Source: a virus
Taxonomy: Duplodnaviria; Heunggongvirae; Uroviricota; Caudoviricetes
IMG/VR virus record: IMGVR_UViG_2639762987_000013
Location: 1 to 38,273 of that record
Strand: one strand, 5' to 3'
DNA length: 38,273 nucleotides
How positions within the stretch are numbered: the first letter of the stretch is position 1; each line of letters opens with the position of its first letter. The position numbers and the translations under genes are program-made. Under the pieces are notes generated by a model that worked only from the letters and a program-made list of their open reading frames with translations, did no database searches and was not told the DNA's origin. Shown here piece by piece: positions 1-8,121 of this stretch.

Positions 1-192
1 TCAGGAACATTTCTGGTTAACGCCACCGTTAAGAATCCACCCTTCAACAGCTTCACGAAGGTATGATTTGGGGTGGGTTCTGACTGGCTTCGGAAATCCG
101 TGCCGTTTGGTATAGTTCCAGATTGTCTGACGTGATGAAACACCGAGCTTGTTCATCACTTCTTTCTCAGGAATCAGGCTGGTATCGGTCAT
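1..192 (-). CDS. xis: Excisionase-like small DNA-binding protein (Xis/AlpA-type HTH), 63 aa
   Basis: Complete ORF (stop at 1-3, ATG at 192) with GGAG RBS 8 nt upstream; basic HTH-like sequence; position at left edge of early-left operon where xis sits in lambdoid prophages. Family call from memory. Confidence 0.55.
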   Translation of the reverse strand: MTDTSLIPEKEVMNKLGVSSRQTIWNYTKRHGFPKPVRTHPKSYLREAVEGWILNGGVNQKCS

Positions 193-207
193 CTTAATTC
201 TCCAGGC

Positions 208-230
208 AAAAAGAAACCGCCATCAGGCGG
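208..230 (-). terminator. Intrinsic terminator (minus strand): CCGCC-TGAT-GGCGG stem-loop followed by TTTCTTTTT
   Basis: Read directly from sequence; lies between the 55-aa ORF stop and the xis RBS. Confidence 0.5.
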
Positions 231-390
231 CTTGGTGTTCTTTCATTTCTTCAATTCGAATATTGGTTACGTCTGCATGTGCTATCTGCGCCCATATCAT
301 CCAGTGGTCATAGCAGTCGTTGATGTTCTCGGCTTCGATAACTCTGTTGAATGGTTCTCCATTCCATTCACCTGTAACTCGGAAGTGCAT
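223..390 (-). CDS. Small hypothetical protein, 55 aa (MHFRVTGEWNGEPF...), not in ORF track
   Basis: ATG at 390 preceded by GGAG at 7-nt spacing; stop at 223-225 sits in the loop of the downstream terminator hairpin; flanked upstream by tandem terminators. Confidence 0.4.
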   Translation of the reverse strand: MHFRVTGEWNGEPFNRVIEAENINDCYDHWMIWAQIAHADVTNIRIEEMKEHQAA

Positions 391-399
391 TTATCATCT

Positions 400-458
400 C
401 CATAAAACAAAACTCGCCGTAGCGAGTTCAGATAAAAGAAATCCCCTCGAGTGCGAGG
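400..458 (-). terminator. Two tandem intrinsic terminator hairpins on minus strand (CCTCG-CACT-CGAGG + U-rich tract; CTCGC-TACG-GCGAG + TTTTGTTTT)
   Basis: Inverted repeats followed by T-tracts read from sequence, downstream of ORF 491..776. Confidence 0.45.
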
Positions 459-490
459 ATTGTTATTCACCTTTAACGGCAAGTTGCAGG

Positions 491-776
491 TTAGCCACGA
501 CCTTCCTCCTTTGGCTTGTGAATTTGTATCGTCATGCCGCTTTGAGTGGTGACTACAATGACAGAACCAGGCTGAAGGCTGTTAAGATTGAATGCTTCGT
601 AAAACGAATCCAATGCCAGTGCTTTTTTATTCTTTCGGTTCCACCAACGCCATCCCTTGCTACAGGCTACACTGACAATCCACTGTCCACTCCTGTAAGC
701 CATATAAAACCAGATGAGCAAAACCTGAAGGAATGCTATCCAGTCAATAATCGTATATTTCGCGAAGGAGTCCATC
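491..776 (-). CDS. Hypothetical small protein with one N-terminal hydrophobic segment, 94 aa
   Basis: ATG at 776 overlaps the TGA of the upstream gene; GAGG RBS; translational coupling to DUF551 gene. Confidence 0.4.
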
Positions 777-1530
777 ACTTCACCTCCTGCGGCGGCTCCG
801 GTAGCAGCATCCAGTGGGTTACACCGCCAATTGGCTCATCGTCGTCGTACTCCAATGCGGCTATATAGAACCCGTCACGACGAGAATAAGAAATCCCTGA
901 CATTACAATGCCATCCGAAACAACAATAATGTCACCCGTTTCTTCCGGCATTCGCTCACTACAGCTTATCCAACCATCCGGAGTTACCGGAGTTGGTCCA
1001 TCGAATTCGGGCATGTCAGGACCTTTTCTGATAGCTTTAGCCAGCTCCAGCGGGTCATCGTAAAGCCAGTCGCCAGTTTGTGGGTGATTTGCTTCTGCAA
1101 GCTGCGCAGCCCATTCAAGACCATCTTTTTGACCTTGGAGATAATCAAGCGGCAACTCTTCATGATTACTTGCAGGTTCGGCACTATGAAGCATGGCAGC
1201 GCGGCAGGCGTTCCAGCCTCTTACCTCTGCAATAGCGGCAACCGCATCAACCGCGTACATGCTAAGAGGATTAGGAATTGGTTTTTCTTCCGGTACTACT
1301 GGCGCTGGAGGGGTGGCGTAGAGTGGAACTCCTCCCCCTCCACCAGAAAATTCATTGCGAGCGTTATACTCACGACCATCTGCGTCATCACGCATCCACG
1401 CCACCGGCTCTGCTTCCAGCGATGCCAGTGCAATTTCATAAGCACGGCGCTCAATATTGTCTCGAACGTCCAGGCCGCCTATGCGCTCTTTGATTTCTTT
1501 AATCAGTTCTTTGTCGGTTAAAGTGGTCAT
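775..1530 (-). CDS. Phage protein with C-terminal DUF551-like domain, 251 aa
   Basis: C-terminal motif ...YIAALEYDDDEPIGGVTHWMLLPEPP resembles DUF551 of lambdoid early-left proteins (from memory). Confidence 0.6.
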   Translation of the reverse strand: MTTLTDKELIKEIKERIGGLDVRDNIERRAYEIALASLEAEPVAWMRDDADGREYNARNEFSGGGGGVPLYATPPAPVVPEEKPIPNPLSMYAVDAVAAIAEVRGWNACRAAMLHSAEPASNHEELPLDYLQGQKDGLEWAAQLAEANHPQTGDWLYDDPLELAKAIRKGPDMPEFDGPTPVTPDGWISCSERMPEETGDIIVVSDGIVMSGISYSRRDGFYIAALEYDDDEPIGGVTHWMLLPEPPQEVK

Positions 1531-1533
1531 GTG

Positions 1534-1683
1534 TTAGTCCTCTGTAGCAGGTGATACGCCGTAGTTGCATTCTTCATAGAATATGTCTCTGCCTATTTCT
1601 TCGGCATCCTCTGGCGTGTCTGCTTCAAACTCAACAACCTTGCAATCATTAAATCCTTCGATAGTCACGATATACTTAGCCAT
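1534..1683 (-). CDS. Small acidic hypothetical protein, 49 aa (MAKYIVTIEGFND...)
   Basis: Internal ATG at 1683 with AAGGAG RBS; the track ORF 1534..1764 probably starts too early because it overlaps the next gene. Confidence 0.4.
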   Translation of the reverse strand: MAKYIVTIEGFNDCKVVEFEADTPEDAEEIGRDIFYEECNYGVSPATED

Positions 1684-1684
1684 A

Positions 1685-2383
1685 TCACTCTCCTTTGATG
1701 CGAATGCCAGCGGCGCGTGGCACATTAACTTCCACGATGCGCACAGTTGGTTTGTACATCTCAATCGCTGTCAGCCAGTCAGCGCCAGTCATGCGCTTTT
1801 CTGCATCGCCATTAGTCCACTTAACCGGTACACCAATAGCCTTCATCGCGATTTCTATTTCCCCGGCAATGGCGCTTTTTCCGCAACCAGTAAAACCAGA
1901 AACAACGACAAGAACTTCACCTTTGGCTGGTTTTATTTCCCGTGCTTCCAGTTCAGCAATACGCTTACTCCCATCCGAGATAACACCTTCGTAATACTCG
2001 CGTTGCTCGTTGAGTTTTGATTTTGCTTCCTCAAGCTCAACACGCAGTTTCCCTACCGTTAGCGCAATATCCTCGTTCTCCTGGTCGCGGCGTTTGATGT
2101 ATTGCTGGTTTCTTTCCCGTTCATCCAGCAGCGTCAGCACAGTAGCCGGACTGGCTGCGGCGATGAATTCAGCATTGGCCTGCTGTTCCATTTGGAAATC
2201 TTCATCGAAACCGCTTTCAGGATGCGCTCCTTCAATTCTGCAAATGGGAATATATCCAGCAGCCTCGCGATGAATTAGGGCATCATCACCATCAAATCGG
2301 CTCTCTCCATATTCGAGCGACCACTCACCACACGTTGCTTTCTCTGCCTTGGCACGCAGTGCCTGATAGTCAATCTTGTTCAT
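1685..2383 (-). CDS. Ead/Ea22-like early-left protein, 232 aa
   Basis: Coiled-coil central region and overall resemblance to Ea22/Ead family (from memory); tightly packed in operon. Confidence 0.6.
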   Translation of the reverse strand: MNKIDYQALRAKAEKATCGEWSLEYGESRFDGDDALIHREAAGYIPICRIEGAHPESGFDEDFQMEQQANAEFIAAASPATVLTLLDERERNQQYIKRRDQENEDIALTVGKLRVELEEAKSKLNEQREYYEGVISDGSKRIAELEAREIKPAKGEVLVVVSGFTGCGKSAIAGEIEIAMKAIGVPVKWTNGDAEKRMTGADWLTAIEMYKPTVRIVEVNVPRAAGIRIKGE

Positions 2384-2384
2384 G

Positions 2385-2684
2385 TCACATCACCCTGAAT
2401 CCGTTGCATTTACGTAAGAAATCGCAGATATAGCCCTTCATTTTTTCATGCCAATCTCGATCATTCCCATTGCACCAACCATCAGGTGGAGTCCAGTTTT
2501 CTATCAGAGCAGCCATTTTCTTTGCTTTCGCCGGAGTAGCTGTTGCGGTATCGCAGTAATGACGAGTGTTAACCAACGCATCCATACCATCGATATCAAG
2601 TACGCAAAACCATGTGTGATTCGGCATTTCAACAGATGGTATTTGTTGCCCACGTCGACGTTTATCAATAAGACATACAGTCAT
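2385..2684 (-). CDS. Hypothetical Cys/Trp-rich protein, 99 aa
   Basis: ORF with ATG overlapping upstream stop (2681-2684). Confidence 0.45.
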   Translation of the reverse strand: MTVCLIDKRRRGQQIPSVEMPNHTWFCVLDIDGMDALVNTRHYCDTATATPAKAKKMAALIENWTPPDGWCNGNDRDWHEKMKGYICDFLRKCNGFRVM

Positions 2685-2884
2685 GGTTCCACCTTCTCTA
2701 TTTGCTTAAGACCGTCTCTCACTGCATTAAGTACGCGTTCCAGATACTGGTATTTCGGGTTTGGTGCCGTTGGCCAGTCGGCATACCACGGATCATCACC
2801 AAAGAGATTCAGCAGTTTGTTACCGACACCGAAACAACAGCAGCTTTCTTTTACGTCATCGGCGTTTTCCGCCTCGTCCCACAT
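2681..2884 (-). CDS. Hypothetical acidic protein, 67 aa; possibly the C-terminal part of a frameshifted longer gene continuing to 3050
   Basis: ORF 2856..3050 in another frame overlaps it across a GAAGAGAGAGAAA repeat; see findings. Confidence 0.35.
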   Translation of the reverse strand: MWDEAENADDVKESCCCFGVGNKLLNLFGDDPWYADWPTAPNPKYQYLERVLNAVRDGLKQIEKVEP

Positions 2885-3129
2885 TTCTCGAGCCTGTACC
2901 GCGTCGATTTCTCTCTCTTCGTAACTTTATGATTTCTGACTTCACGAAAAGCAGATTTGCATCGTTGTCATCGTCGACCGTGCTTCGCAGTTGAGGGTCG
3001 AAATAGCCGATTAGATACTCGTTGCTGACCCGCTTAATGAACGTCTGCACATCATCACTCGAACCGGATCTAGTCGCTCTGCACCGGTTATAACGAATGA
3101 CAACACATCAATCTTTTCAACCGTTACAC

Positions 3130-3762
3130 TCACTGGTTGCCTCCTTTGCGAAGCTGGTCGGCGAACAAACGTACACCAGACGCTTCACTGCGTAGAAACT
3201 TAACGGCATCATCAAAACCACCTCGTTCTGCGTCGTCTGCTCCGTTGTCGAGGTTATCTGCGTACATCTCTACCCCCTGCGCCCGTACTTCAGCCAGGAA
3301 AGCATCAGTGGTTGGCGTTTCAGGTATCTGTCTCCTCATCCGTTCTATTGCATGATTGAACCCGAAGTCTTCCGCGAGAGATACGTCATCCATATTGTCA
3401 TTGTCATCCTCAATATCCCGTGATTCTGGAATTGCAGACTTTATTCCCGCATTCTCCGCTGCCAGCGCCGCGCACTTGGCCTCCGCTTCAGCAAATTTAC
3501 GCACCAGATATTCAGCGTTTGTTTCGTTAACCTTTAAATCACTTGGGATGCATTTACCTTTCAGAAATCCATCCATCTCAATTAGTGTCATTTGTTTCAT
3601 TTCTTCCCACTCCGCCACATCGCATTCAGATATTTGTTTTGATTCACTGATGGAAAAAGAATTTCTCTTAAGCAATTCCTCTCTCGATGGCATTGGCTTT
3701 ACGCGCTGGCGAATAATCATTTCTGCCGGAAGAATGCCGGGATTGTATGCAAGTCCTCTCAT
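3130..3762 (-). CDS. Hypothetical acidic early-left protein, about 210 aa
   Basis: Start chosen at ATG 3762 (GAGGAA RBS overlapping upstream stop) rather than the track start at 3912, which would overlap the Abc2-like gene. Confidence 0.5.
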   Translation of the reverse strand: MRGLAYNPGILPAEMIIRQRVKPMPSREELLKRNSFSISESKQISECDVAEWEEMKQMTLIEMDGFLKGKCIPSDLKVNETNAEYLVRKFAEAEAKCAALAAENAGIKSAIPESRDIEDDNDNMDDVSLAEDFGFNHAIERMRRQIPETPTTDAFLAEVRAQGVEMYADNLDNGADDAERGGFDDAVKFLRSEASGVRLFADQLRKGGNQ

Positions 3763-3772
3763 GGTAAATTCC

Positions 3773-4066
3773 TCAGTCATTACTGATAGCGCCATAGCGT
3801 GAGCGGTAATTACGCAGGCGCGGGTCAATTTCAGGGAAGTGGGTATATGTGGCTTTGCGGAATGGTCGGATTGATGTCTGGTAAATTCGCTCGCGTTCTT
3901 CTTTCTCTGCAAGCCATATACAGTGGCGAAATTCCTTTTCCTTTTTCGTTTCCTGCGGTAGAGACATTATCCGATCGTAGTTTTTTCTGAATTTATCCAG
4001 CACCTCCGATACGGAATTGCCGGAACAGCGGCGCGGGTCATCCGCACCATACAGAGGCGCTGGCAT
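3773..4066 (-). CDS. abc2: Abc2-like anti-RecBCD protein, about 97 aa
   Basis: Sequence [31 protein letters not shown]... recalled as P22 Abc2-like; AAGGA RBS before ATG 4066; adjacent to erf as in P22. Confidence 0.55.
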   Translation of the reverse strand: MPAPLYGADDPRRCSGNSVSEVLDKFRKNYDRIMSLPQETKKEKEFRHCIWLAEKEERERIYQTSIRPFRKATYTHFPEIDPRLRNYRSRYGAISND

Positions 4067-4089
4067 AATGGAATCCTTATTTTGCAAAT

Positions 4090-4473
4090 CTAGAAGGGAA
4101 TTGAATCGTCGTATTCAGGATGATTTTGATGATTGCTACTTTGCTGCTGTTGGCTGTTTCCTGAAGTTGCAAATCCAATCTTTGCATTCAGTAATTCAAG
4201 ATTGATTGATTGACCATTTTGCCCCTGATAAACATCAACTCTGATGTTTTCTCCGGTAATTTCTACAATTCCACCTTCAACAAGAACACTACGGTAGTAA
4301 TCCGCTTGCGCTCCCGGCTTGGCAAATACAACGGCGCTGTAGTTTGTCCATTCTTTCTTTTTTGTCTGGCGATCGTAATACTGAACGCCAGCACGGATGT
4401 TGAATCCGATATTTTCCCCGGCCTGAAACTCTCTTACGGGCTTGTTTAGTCTTACAGTAATCGAATGTGCCAT
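4090..4473 (-). CDS. ssb: Single-stranded DNA-binding protein (short phage SSB), 127 aa
   Basis: OB-fold-like pattern and C-terminal acidic tail ...EYDDSIPF (canonical SSB DDDIPF-type tail); start overlaps erf stop. Confidence 0.65.
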   Translation of the reverse strand: MAHSITVRLNKPVREFQAGENIGFNIRAGVQYYDRQTKKKEWTNYSAVVFAKPGAQADYYRSVLVEGGIVEITGENIRVDVYQGQNGQSINLELLNAKIGFATSGNSQQQQSSNHQNHPEYDDSIPF

Positions 4474-5078
4474 TAAGCAGCCGCTCCTTCTAATTCATTT
4501 CGTCTGATGTTGTAAACGTCCTGCGCTTTGTGCTGCTCCGGTGTGCCTTCGAGCATCTTCCACGCTTTGGCGAACGCCTGTTTAAGCTCTTCCACGTTGT
4601 TTTTCTGCATTGCTGCGTCAGTGAATGCTTTTAGAACCTGTTCAGGTGTAGGTGATGGTTTTGATTGCTTTGCTGCTGCGTTCTGCTGATGTTTATGCTC
4701 GTCTGTATCTGCATCTTTCGCATCATCAATGCCGAATAAACCATTGAGGCAATACTTGCGTGCATAAGAGCTTGTAGCTCCCGTAACTTGTGCAGAATCC
4801 ATTCCCTTCTTGCTTTCTTCCTCTCGTGCAAGAGCGGTTGCCGTATGACTGTTTTCGCCATCGGTAATAGTTGCCGTGGCTTTCACGTAATACCGATCAC
4901 CAATCAACACAACTTCATCGCTGATTGATAAAAACAGGCCATTCAGTAACGGCTTAACACCCTCAAGAATGTCTTCGCAGCTTCTGTATTTATATTTGCC
5001 GAATGAGTTGTATTGATTCTTTGGCGCGTTCAGATTCTCCTGAATAGCTGCCAGTCTTGCGTAAAATTCTTTGCTCAT
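4473..5078 (-). CDS. erf: Erf-family single-strand annealing recombinase, about 201 aa
   Basis: MSKEFYARLAAIQENLNAPKNQYNSFGKYKYRSCEDILEGVKPLL... closely matches recalled P22 Erf; ATG start at 5078 preferred over the track TTG start at 5108. Confidence 0.8.
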   Translation of the reverse strand: MSKEFYARLAAIQENLNAPKNQYNSFGKYKYRSCEDILEGVKPLLNGLFLSISDEVVLIGDRYYVKATATITDGENSHTATALAREEESKKGMDSAQVTGATSSYARKYCLNGLFGIDDAKDADTDEHKHQQNAAAKQSKPSPTPEQVLKAFTDAAMQKNNVEELKQAFAKAWKMLEGTPEQHKAQDVYNIRRNELEGAAA

Positions 5079-5179
5079 ATGATTGTTCTCAGAATGGACA
5101 TGGCCCAAGGAAATAACGCTGATTTAATACTTCGACTCGGGACAAGTTAAGGCATACCCGCATTCCTTCGCGGTCGCCA

Positions 5180-5338
5180 TTATGGCGATACCAGAGAGCT
5201 TTCTGCGTGTACATGCGTCTCTGTAACTTGCTCTCCTTCACTGTGGTTGCAAGTGACATGAATATCTCCTTCGTTACCGATTAAATCTTTCATCTGACGA
5301 ATGAATTCTTCGTCTGACCAGTTATCTGTAAAACTCAT
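5180..5338 (-). CDS. Small hypothetical protein, 52 aa (MSFTDNWSDEEFIRQMKDLIG...), not in ORF track
   Basis: ATG overlaps kil stop (ATGA); weak RBS. Confidence 0.3.
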   Translation of the reverse strand: MSFTDNWSDEEFIRQMKDLIGNEGDIHVTCNHSEGEQVTETHVHAESSLVSP

Positions 5339-5487
5339 TTCCTGCGATACCACGGAAGGTTGATAGCTGATTTCATCGCTTTATTTGCTTCAAGCCACAT
5401 TTTTGAATCACCAATAAATCTGGCTATTACTGCTTTGTTCTGTGCAGCACGAAGCATCTGGTGATTGATGGCTATTTCATTGCGCAT
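5335..5487 (-). CDS. kil: Kil-like host-killing/cell-division inhibitor small protein, 50 aa
   Basis: Not in ORF track (<60 aa). Motif ...ARFIGDSKMWLEANKAMKSAI resembles lambda Kil ...ATFIGDEKMF...; GAGG RBS; immediately downstream of cIII as in lambda. Confidence 0.5.
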   Translation of the reverse strand: MRNEIAINHQMLRAAQNKAVIARFIGDSKMWLEANKAMKSAINLPWYRRK

Positions 5488-5603
5488 AATAAGACCTCAA
5501 CTCTTTTCCATCCGTCACGTAATTTACGGGTGATTCGTTCAAGTAAAGATTCATTTAGTTGGAAGGCACCCATGCGAGCGCCTCCCGCGATTGCGTAAAT
5601 CAT
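5472..5603 (-). CDS. cIII: CIII-like protease (FtsH) inhibitor, 43 aa
   Basis: Not in ORF track. MIYAIAGG...ESLLERITRKLRDGWKR shares the conserved core of lambda CIII (ESLLERITRKLRDGWKR); AAGGAA RBS. Confidence 0.7.
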   Translation of the reverse strand: MIYAIAGGARMGAFQLNESLLERITRKLRDGWKRVEVLLCAMK

Positions 5604-5627
5604 GGGTGGTTCCTTATGTTGGTTTTA

Positions 5628-6596
5628 TTAGTAGGTTATTTTTGTTGCGAATACTTCGCCTTTTACGATGGCTGTTATGATATTTTTAGCAACATCTTCT
5701 GATGCACCAACCTTGATAAGGTCAGTAAGTATTTTGTTATTTACTTCTTTCCGGTGAGCTTTATCCTTTGCTCTACGCTCTTCTTCGTCCTTGATTCTTT
5801 TTTCTTCTGCTATTCTGGCTTGCTCTTTTGCTTCAGCCTCGCGACGGATTCGTTCAGCCTCCTCCTGTGCTTTTCTGCGTTCTGCTTCAATTGCCGCCTG
5901 CTTTTCTCTTTCAGCTCGTTCTGCTGCCTCTTTTGCTTCGCGCTGTGCTCGTTGCTCGGCTTCAATGCGTTCACGCTCTGCACGTTCCGCTGCGGCCTTA
6001 GCTTCTGCTTCTCGCCTTGCTGCTGCTTCAATTTCGGCTTTTGCCTTTGCTTCGGCTTCTGCTCTGGCTTTCTCTTCAGCTTCTCTTTTTAAGCGTTCTT
6101 CATGCTCTCGCTTTTCCTGCTCCGCTTTGAGTCTTGCCTCTTCTCTTTGGCGGTCAAATTCGCGATCCATCAAAATCGCTATTTCATGGTCAGACTCAAT
6201 TTGCTTTGCGAGAGCTTCAGCTGCTGCCTTAGCTTCTTCTTCGGCTTTAATCCGTGCCTGTTCCTCCTCATAATCAGTAAGAGGCTGGCGCGCCTTGGCT
6301 TTCAGTTCATCAAGGCGATCGCGCACTGTCTTGCGGTTGGCATCAATTAGCTTTGGAATTTCCTTCAGTTCAGCAACAAGGTCTTTGCCAAGACCATCGA
6401 GATATGTTTTCGTTTGCGCAACTTTATACGCCAGAGAAGCGATCTCCTTTCTGCCCTTTGCCGTTGTGATATCAGGCACAAAGGACATAACTTCACGTTC
6501 AACCTTTTGAAGGATTTCTTCAATCTGGTCGGCAGACTGAAATACAGTCATTGCATTTGCTTTTTCAATAACAACTAAATCTGTTACTTCACTCAT
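5628..6596 (-). CDS. Hypothetical protein with N-terminal globular domain and about 150-aa E/A/K/R-rich single-alpha-helix-like region, 322 aa
   Basis: Long ORF; extreme compositional bias (AEAKAKAEIEAAARREAEAK...) creating artefactual ORFs in other frames. Confidence 0.6.
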   Translation of the reverse strand: MSEVTDLVVIEKANAMTVFQSADQIEEILQKVEREVMSFVPDITTAKGRKEIASLAYKVAQTKTYLDGLGKDLVAELKEIPKLIDANRKTVRDRLDELKAKARQPLTDYEEEQARIKAEEEAKAAAEALAKQIESDHEIAILMDREFDRQREEARLKAEQEKREHEERLKREAEEKARAEAEAKAKAEIEAAARREAEAKAAAERAERERIEAEQRAQREAKEAAERAEREKQAAIEAERRKAQEEAERIRREAEAKEQARIAEEKRIKDEEERRAKDKAHRKEVNNKILTDLIKVGASEDVAKNIITAIVKGEVFATKITY

Positions 6597-6727
6597 ATAT
6601 CCTCCGTCAAAAAATTGCCCTCACACTGGAGGGCAAAGAAGATTTCCAATAATCAGAACAAGTCGGCTCCTGTTTAGTTACGAGCGACATTGCTCACATA
6701 GCAGACTCGCAAATCTGCTATAGGTGC

Positions 6728-6886
6728 TTATTCGCATCGCATGACAACATCAAATTTTTCGAGATTACTTTGTCGCAACAATCCCTCTTCTACGCGGTCA
6801 GCTTTTCTATAATTATCAAATTCGAAATGTTTAATTACTTCTTTCGTTTCTCGCTCTATAACTTCAACGATGTATTTCTTATTCAT
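6728..6886 (-). CDS. Small hypothetical protein, 52 aa (MNKKYIVEVIERETKEV...), not in ORF track
   Basis: ATG overlaps upstream stop as TAATG. Confidence 0.3.
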   Translation of the reverse strand: MNKKYIVEVIERETKEVIKHFEFDNYRKADRVEEGLLRQSNLEKFDVVMRCE

Positions 6887-7155
6887 TACTCATCACCTAT
6901 GGCTTTTTTGATAGCTTCGCGAGCCTTATTAACAGCTCCATACCATTCTGGATATGTTGTCGTTGTTCTATTTTCGGATTGCTTAAGTAATAACTGAAGT
7001 GCTTCAAGTAAATCCGGTGCAGCCATAGCTAATCTTCCATTTGCTACGGCCTCTTCTGTTTCTTTACCGGATAGGGCCATTCCCGGGTGTGAAAATAAAA
7101 TTAAGCCTGCAAAATTGGCTTCTCGCCAATTTTTCCTAGTACCTTTAAATTCCAT
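6886..7155 (-). CDS. Hypothetical protein, 89 aa, in the ral/sieB-equivalent slot
   Basis: ORF in pL operon downstream of N. Confidence 0.45.
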   Translation of the reverse strand: MEFKGTRKNWREANFAGLILFSHPGMALSGKETEEAVANGRLAMAAPDLLEALQLLLKQSENRTTTTYPEWYGAVNKAREAIKKAIGDE

Positions 7156-7194
7156 GTTAGCCTCTGTTGTTTATGCCAAAAATAAAGGCCACCA

Positions 7195-7446
7195 TCAGGC
7201 AGCCTTTTTGTAAATGTTGCAGGTATCAAGTAAGTAATTAGATGGAGCGCCATAAATTATGAATTCATCGTTTGTCGGGTCCATCTCCATCTCTTGGCCT
7301 ATTGCCATTCTTGCGTCAGTGTCATCAGAGGCGAAGCATAAAACAGCCCACGCACCCATTGTTTTAAAAAGAACTGCAATTGGCTGTGGTTTTACTGAAT
7401 TTGCGTTAGCGCGAAAATCATAAATCGCACTTTCATGAAATTCCAT
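7195..7446 (-). CDS. Hypothetical protein, 83 aa, immediately downstream of N
   Basis: ORF in pL operon. Confidence 0.45.
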   Translation of the reverse strand: MEFHESAIYDFRANANSVKPQPIAVLFKTMGAWAVLCFASDDTDARMAIGQEMEMDPTNDEFIIYGAPSNYLLDTCNIYKKAA

Positions 7447-7454
7447 ATATCACC

Positions 7455-7754
7455 TCAAATAAGTGGTTTGCTGCCTAATTTCATTTTCTGGCGACCAACA
7501 CAAGTCACACCCATTTCACTGCGTGGCTTGCGGTAGTAAATACGATTCTGTTTACTCTCGACTTCTTCTGTCTTCTTGCAGCGAAGGCTTCCGAGTGATG
7601 CTGCTTTATCTGCTCTGACGCAACCAGAGAGCTTTAGCGCAATCTTTCGCGCCAGTCGCTGCTCTTGCATTGCCTGTTCACGTTGAGCCTGTCTGCGTGC
7701 TCTGCGGCGATTTCTGGCGTTATCGTCAGCCAGATATGTAATGACTACTGCCAT
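7455..7754 (-). CDS. N: Antitermination protein N (phage-21-like arginine-rich motif), 99 aa
   Basis: N-terminal ARM NARNRRRARRQAQRE; C-terminal ...RIYYRKPRSEMGVTCVGRQK..KLGSKPLI matches lambdoid N proteins; GGAGG RBS; directly downstream of nutL. Confidence 0.8.
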   Translation of the reverse strand: MAVVITYLADDNARNRRRARRQAQREQAMQEQRLARKIALKLSGCVRADKAASLGSLRCKKTEEVESKQNRIYYRKPRSEMGVTCVGRQKMKLGSKPLI

Positions 7755-7860
7755 GTTGACCTCCGATGATTGACTTTGGCGGTGACGCGCCGGGTGCTTA
7801 TCTTCCGGTTGCTGTCGTGCAGCTGCACTTCACGTCACCCCAAAGCCAACTACTCTTTGG

Positions 7861-7903
7861 TTCCCGCATTTCGGCGGGACAATCCCATCAATGTTAAAGA
7901 GCC
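7861..7903 (-). promoter_or_regulatory. nutL: boxA (GGCTCTTTAACA) plus boxB hairpin (TCCCGC-CGAAAT-GCGGGA)
   Basis: boxA resembles consensus CGCTCTTTA; boxB hairpin has the same stem and loop as the nutR copy at 9557-9576. Confidence 0.7.
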
Positions 7904-7950
7904 TGCCAATCTGTTCCGTTTGGCTACCAGCGTCCTGCTGATGGCTAAAG

Positions 7951-8035
7951 AATACTGTAGGTATTTTATTGTGTAAATACCCAAGGTATTTATTTTTGGT
8001 GAAATAATGATAAGCAAATGAATACAAAGGATATT
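7951..8035. promoter_or_regulatory. OL/pL region: three AATAC-N5-GTATT-type operator half-site pairs (7951-7965, 7976-7990, 8021-8035)
   Basis: Dyad-symmetric 15-bp sites matching those upstream of cro; exact -10/-35 not assigned. Confidence 0.5.
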
Positions 8036-8121
8036 TATTTTTTCGGTGTCTGCTTGTTCAGTGCTTTTTATGCGGGATATGTGAAGTGGATCCCGATAGC
8101 TATTGCTGCCGGGATTATGAG

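Noticed and set aside
320-868. Plus-strand 182-aa ORF
   Set aside because: It runs antisense across two minus-strand genes and the terminator cluster with no RBS; the operon context is uniformly minus-strand.
5754-6350. Plus-strand ORFs 5754-6092, 5791-6273, 6102-6350 (Cys/Ser/Phe/Ala-rich)
   Set aside because: Antisense and alternate-frame artefacts of the low-complexity E/A/K/R-rich region of the 322-aa minus-strand gene.
7155-7195. Possible intrinsic terminator between the 89-aa and 83-aa genes
   Set aside because: The stem has two mismatches and is weak; might be an N-antiterminated pause site but is not convincing.
7770-8027. ORFs 7770-7976 (+) and 7830-8027 (-)
   Set aside because: They overlap nutL and the OL operator cluster; this region is regulatory and no RBS is apparent.
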